Shown here piece by piece: positions 51,881 to 53,126 of a DNA stretch of 53,126 nt (within the stretch, counting starts at the first letter, position 1; each line of letters opens with the position of its first letter). The notes under the pieces are model-generated. The model was not told the origin of the DNA. It saw only the letters and a program-made list of their open reading frames with translations, and did no database searches. This stretch comes from Phoronis australis (taxonomy: Eukaryota; Animalia; Phoronida). The position numbers and the translations under genes are program-made. The DNA lies in the NCBI GenBank assembly GCA_002633005.1, contig NMRA01000391.1:181933-235058 (forward strand), written 5' to 3'.

Positions 51881-52925
51881 TATAATTTAACAATTTTTCC
51901 TCTAGATACAATTATCAAACGCAATGTGTTAAGTAGAAACAGGATATGGGCTGTGGTGACATCATAATTGTTATTTAGTGTATAATGTACTCCTCAATTC
52001 TTGAACTTAGCAGGTTAGCTGTATGAATCCTTAATTTAGTGTCATTCAGCAATGTTTTATGTATCTTGTATTCGCAAACCCCCGACGATCAGAGTAGACT
52101 ACAGCCATGAAAATACAGATCATAGCTACCAAACTGTTCATGTAATTACCGGTAAGCCCATTGTGATAGTGGTCGAGGATGTGAGTTCCATAGACTGCAA
52201 GACATTAGCTTGCACCTGTGGTGAAAAATCTTTGCTTATGGAGAGGAAACACGGAATTGCATCCCATAATTCAACATTCCAACTTCACCAATCAATCACC
52301 ACGGCGGCCATCATGGATAGGTTAGTAACCTCCCCAGCATAATCACGAAATGCTTGCCTTTCAATCTTATGAGATCTTACTTTTCTCACAAGAAATTTGC
52401 TCAGCTGAAAGCTACCCAGAATTCATGGAGAAACATCAGTAACGCTTAAAAAACTCGACCATTACGTGGACGTTTTTCAGAAAATCTTACTTTTACAATT
52501 TACACACACTATAAATTTGGAGAATACAAGAATACTGAAAAAAAACAAATGACATAATGCTAAACATAATAAACGCAATACTATTATACAGCCACACTGT
52601 GCATAAGCGTACTGGGTTATGTTTCCCTATAATATTGACTTGTTAAAAGGTGCAATAAGCTCGTGCCTTCAGCCAAATGCCATTTATGCCACGAATGCAT
52701 CGCAAATGGTGTGCTTTTAGGTTTATTTACATGTATCATAAAAATGGCCACTAGATGGCGCAAAAATGTACAATCCATCCAAAAACGGGAACATGCCATA
52801 TTTCATAAAAATCTGTCAAGGAACTTCAGAGAAACAAAAGGAAAACAGAACAGAATGAAATTGCTACTTGTGGGCACAGCGTCCGTTCGATCCACCTAAA
52901 AGTCGTCGTATGTTATCTTCATATA

Positions 52926-53126
52926 CCGTAATCGTTCGGGTTAACGCCCTGGGCGGTTAAATTGGCGAATCCAAAAAATCGGGGGAGGGCGGTTAACCGA
53001 GCAGTGGGCGGTTAAATCGAAAATCCACCTAAAGTATGGGATGGGCGGTTAACCGAACATGGGCGCTTATTACGACAGACAACCGCCCTGGGCGGTTAAT
53101 CTTACCTGGCGATCTAAATCCCGACA
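52926..53126 (+). mobile_element. Left end of a TA-flanked non-autonomous element (Tc1/mariner-pogo-like, inferred), truncated by the window end
   Basis: TA|CCGTAATCGTTCGGGTTAACGCCC start, followed by five GGGCGGTTAA subrepeats. Confidence 0.55.

Overview
Repeat-rich animal genomic DNA with spliced genes, probably from a marine invertebrate (inferred). Most ORFs in the six-frame track are noise. Three coding elements are well supported. (1) The GIY-YIG endonuclease 3' end of a Penelope-like retroelement (1-429), followed by a minimal hammerhead ribozyme motif with a covaried U3:A8 core (531-570). (2) A minus-strand gene for a secreted EGF/neuregulin-family ligand of about 329 aa, rebuilt by hand from two coding exons (19356-18515 and 13416-13269). 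It has a signal peptide and a complete ErbB-ligand-type EGF domain split by the family-typical intron, but no transmembrane or Ig domain. (3) The last coding exon of gephyrin (43217-42984, minus). A further TATA-linked signal-peptide exon at 23446-23338 may belong to an unannotated small secreted protein or be an alternative first exon of the ligand. The rest is MITEs of several families, Helentron-like elements with ~145-bp subrepeats carrying co-oriented CTCF-like motifs, micro/minisatellites, and a ~535-bp duplication at an N that is probably an assembly artefact.
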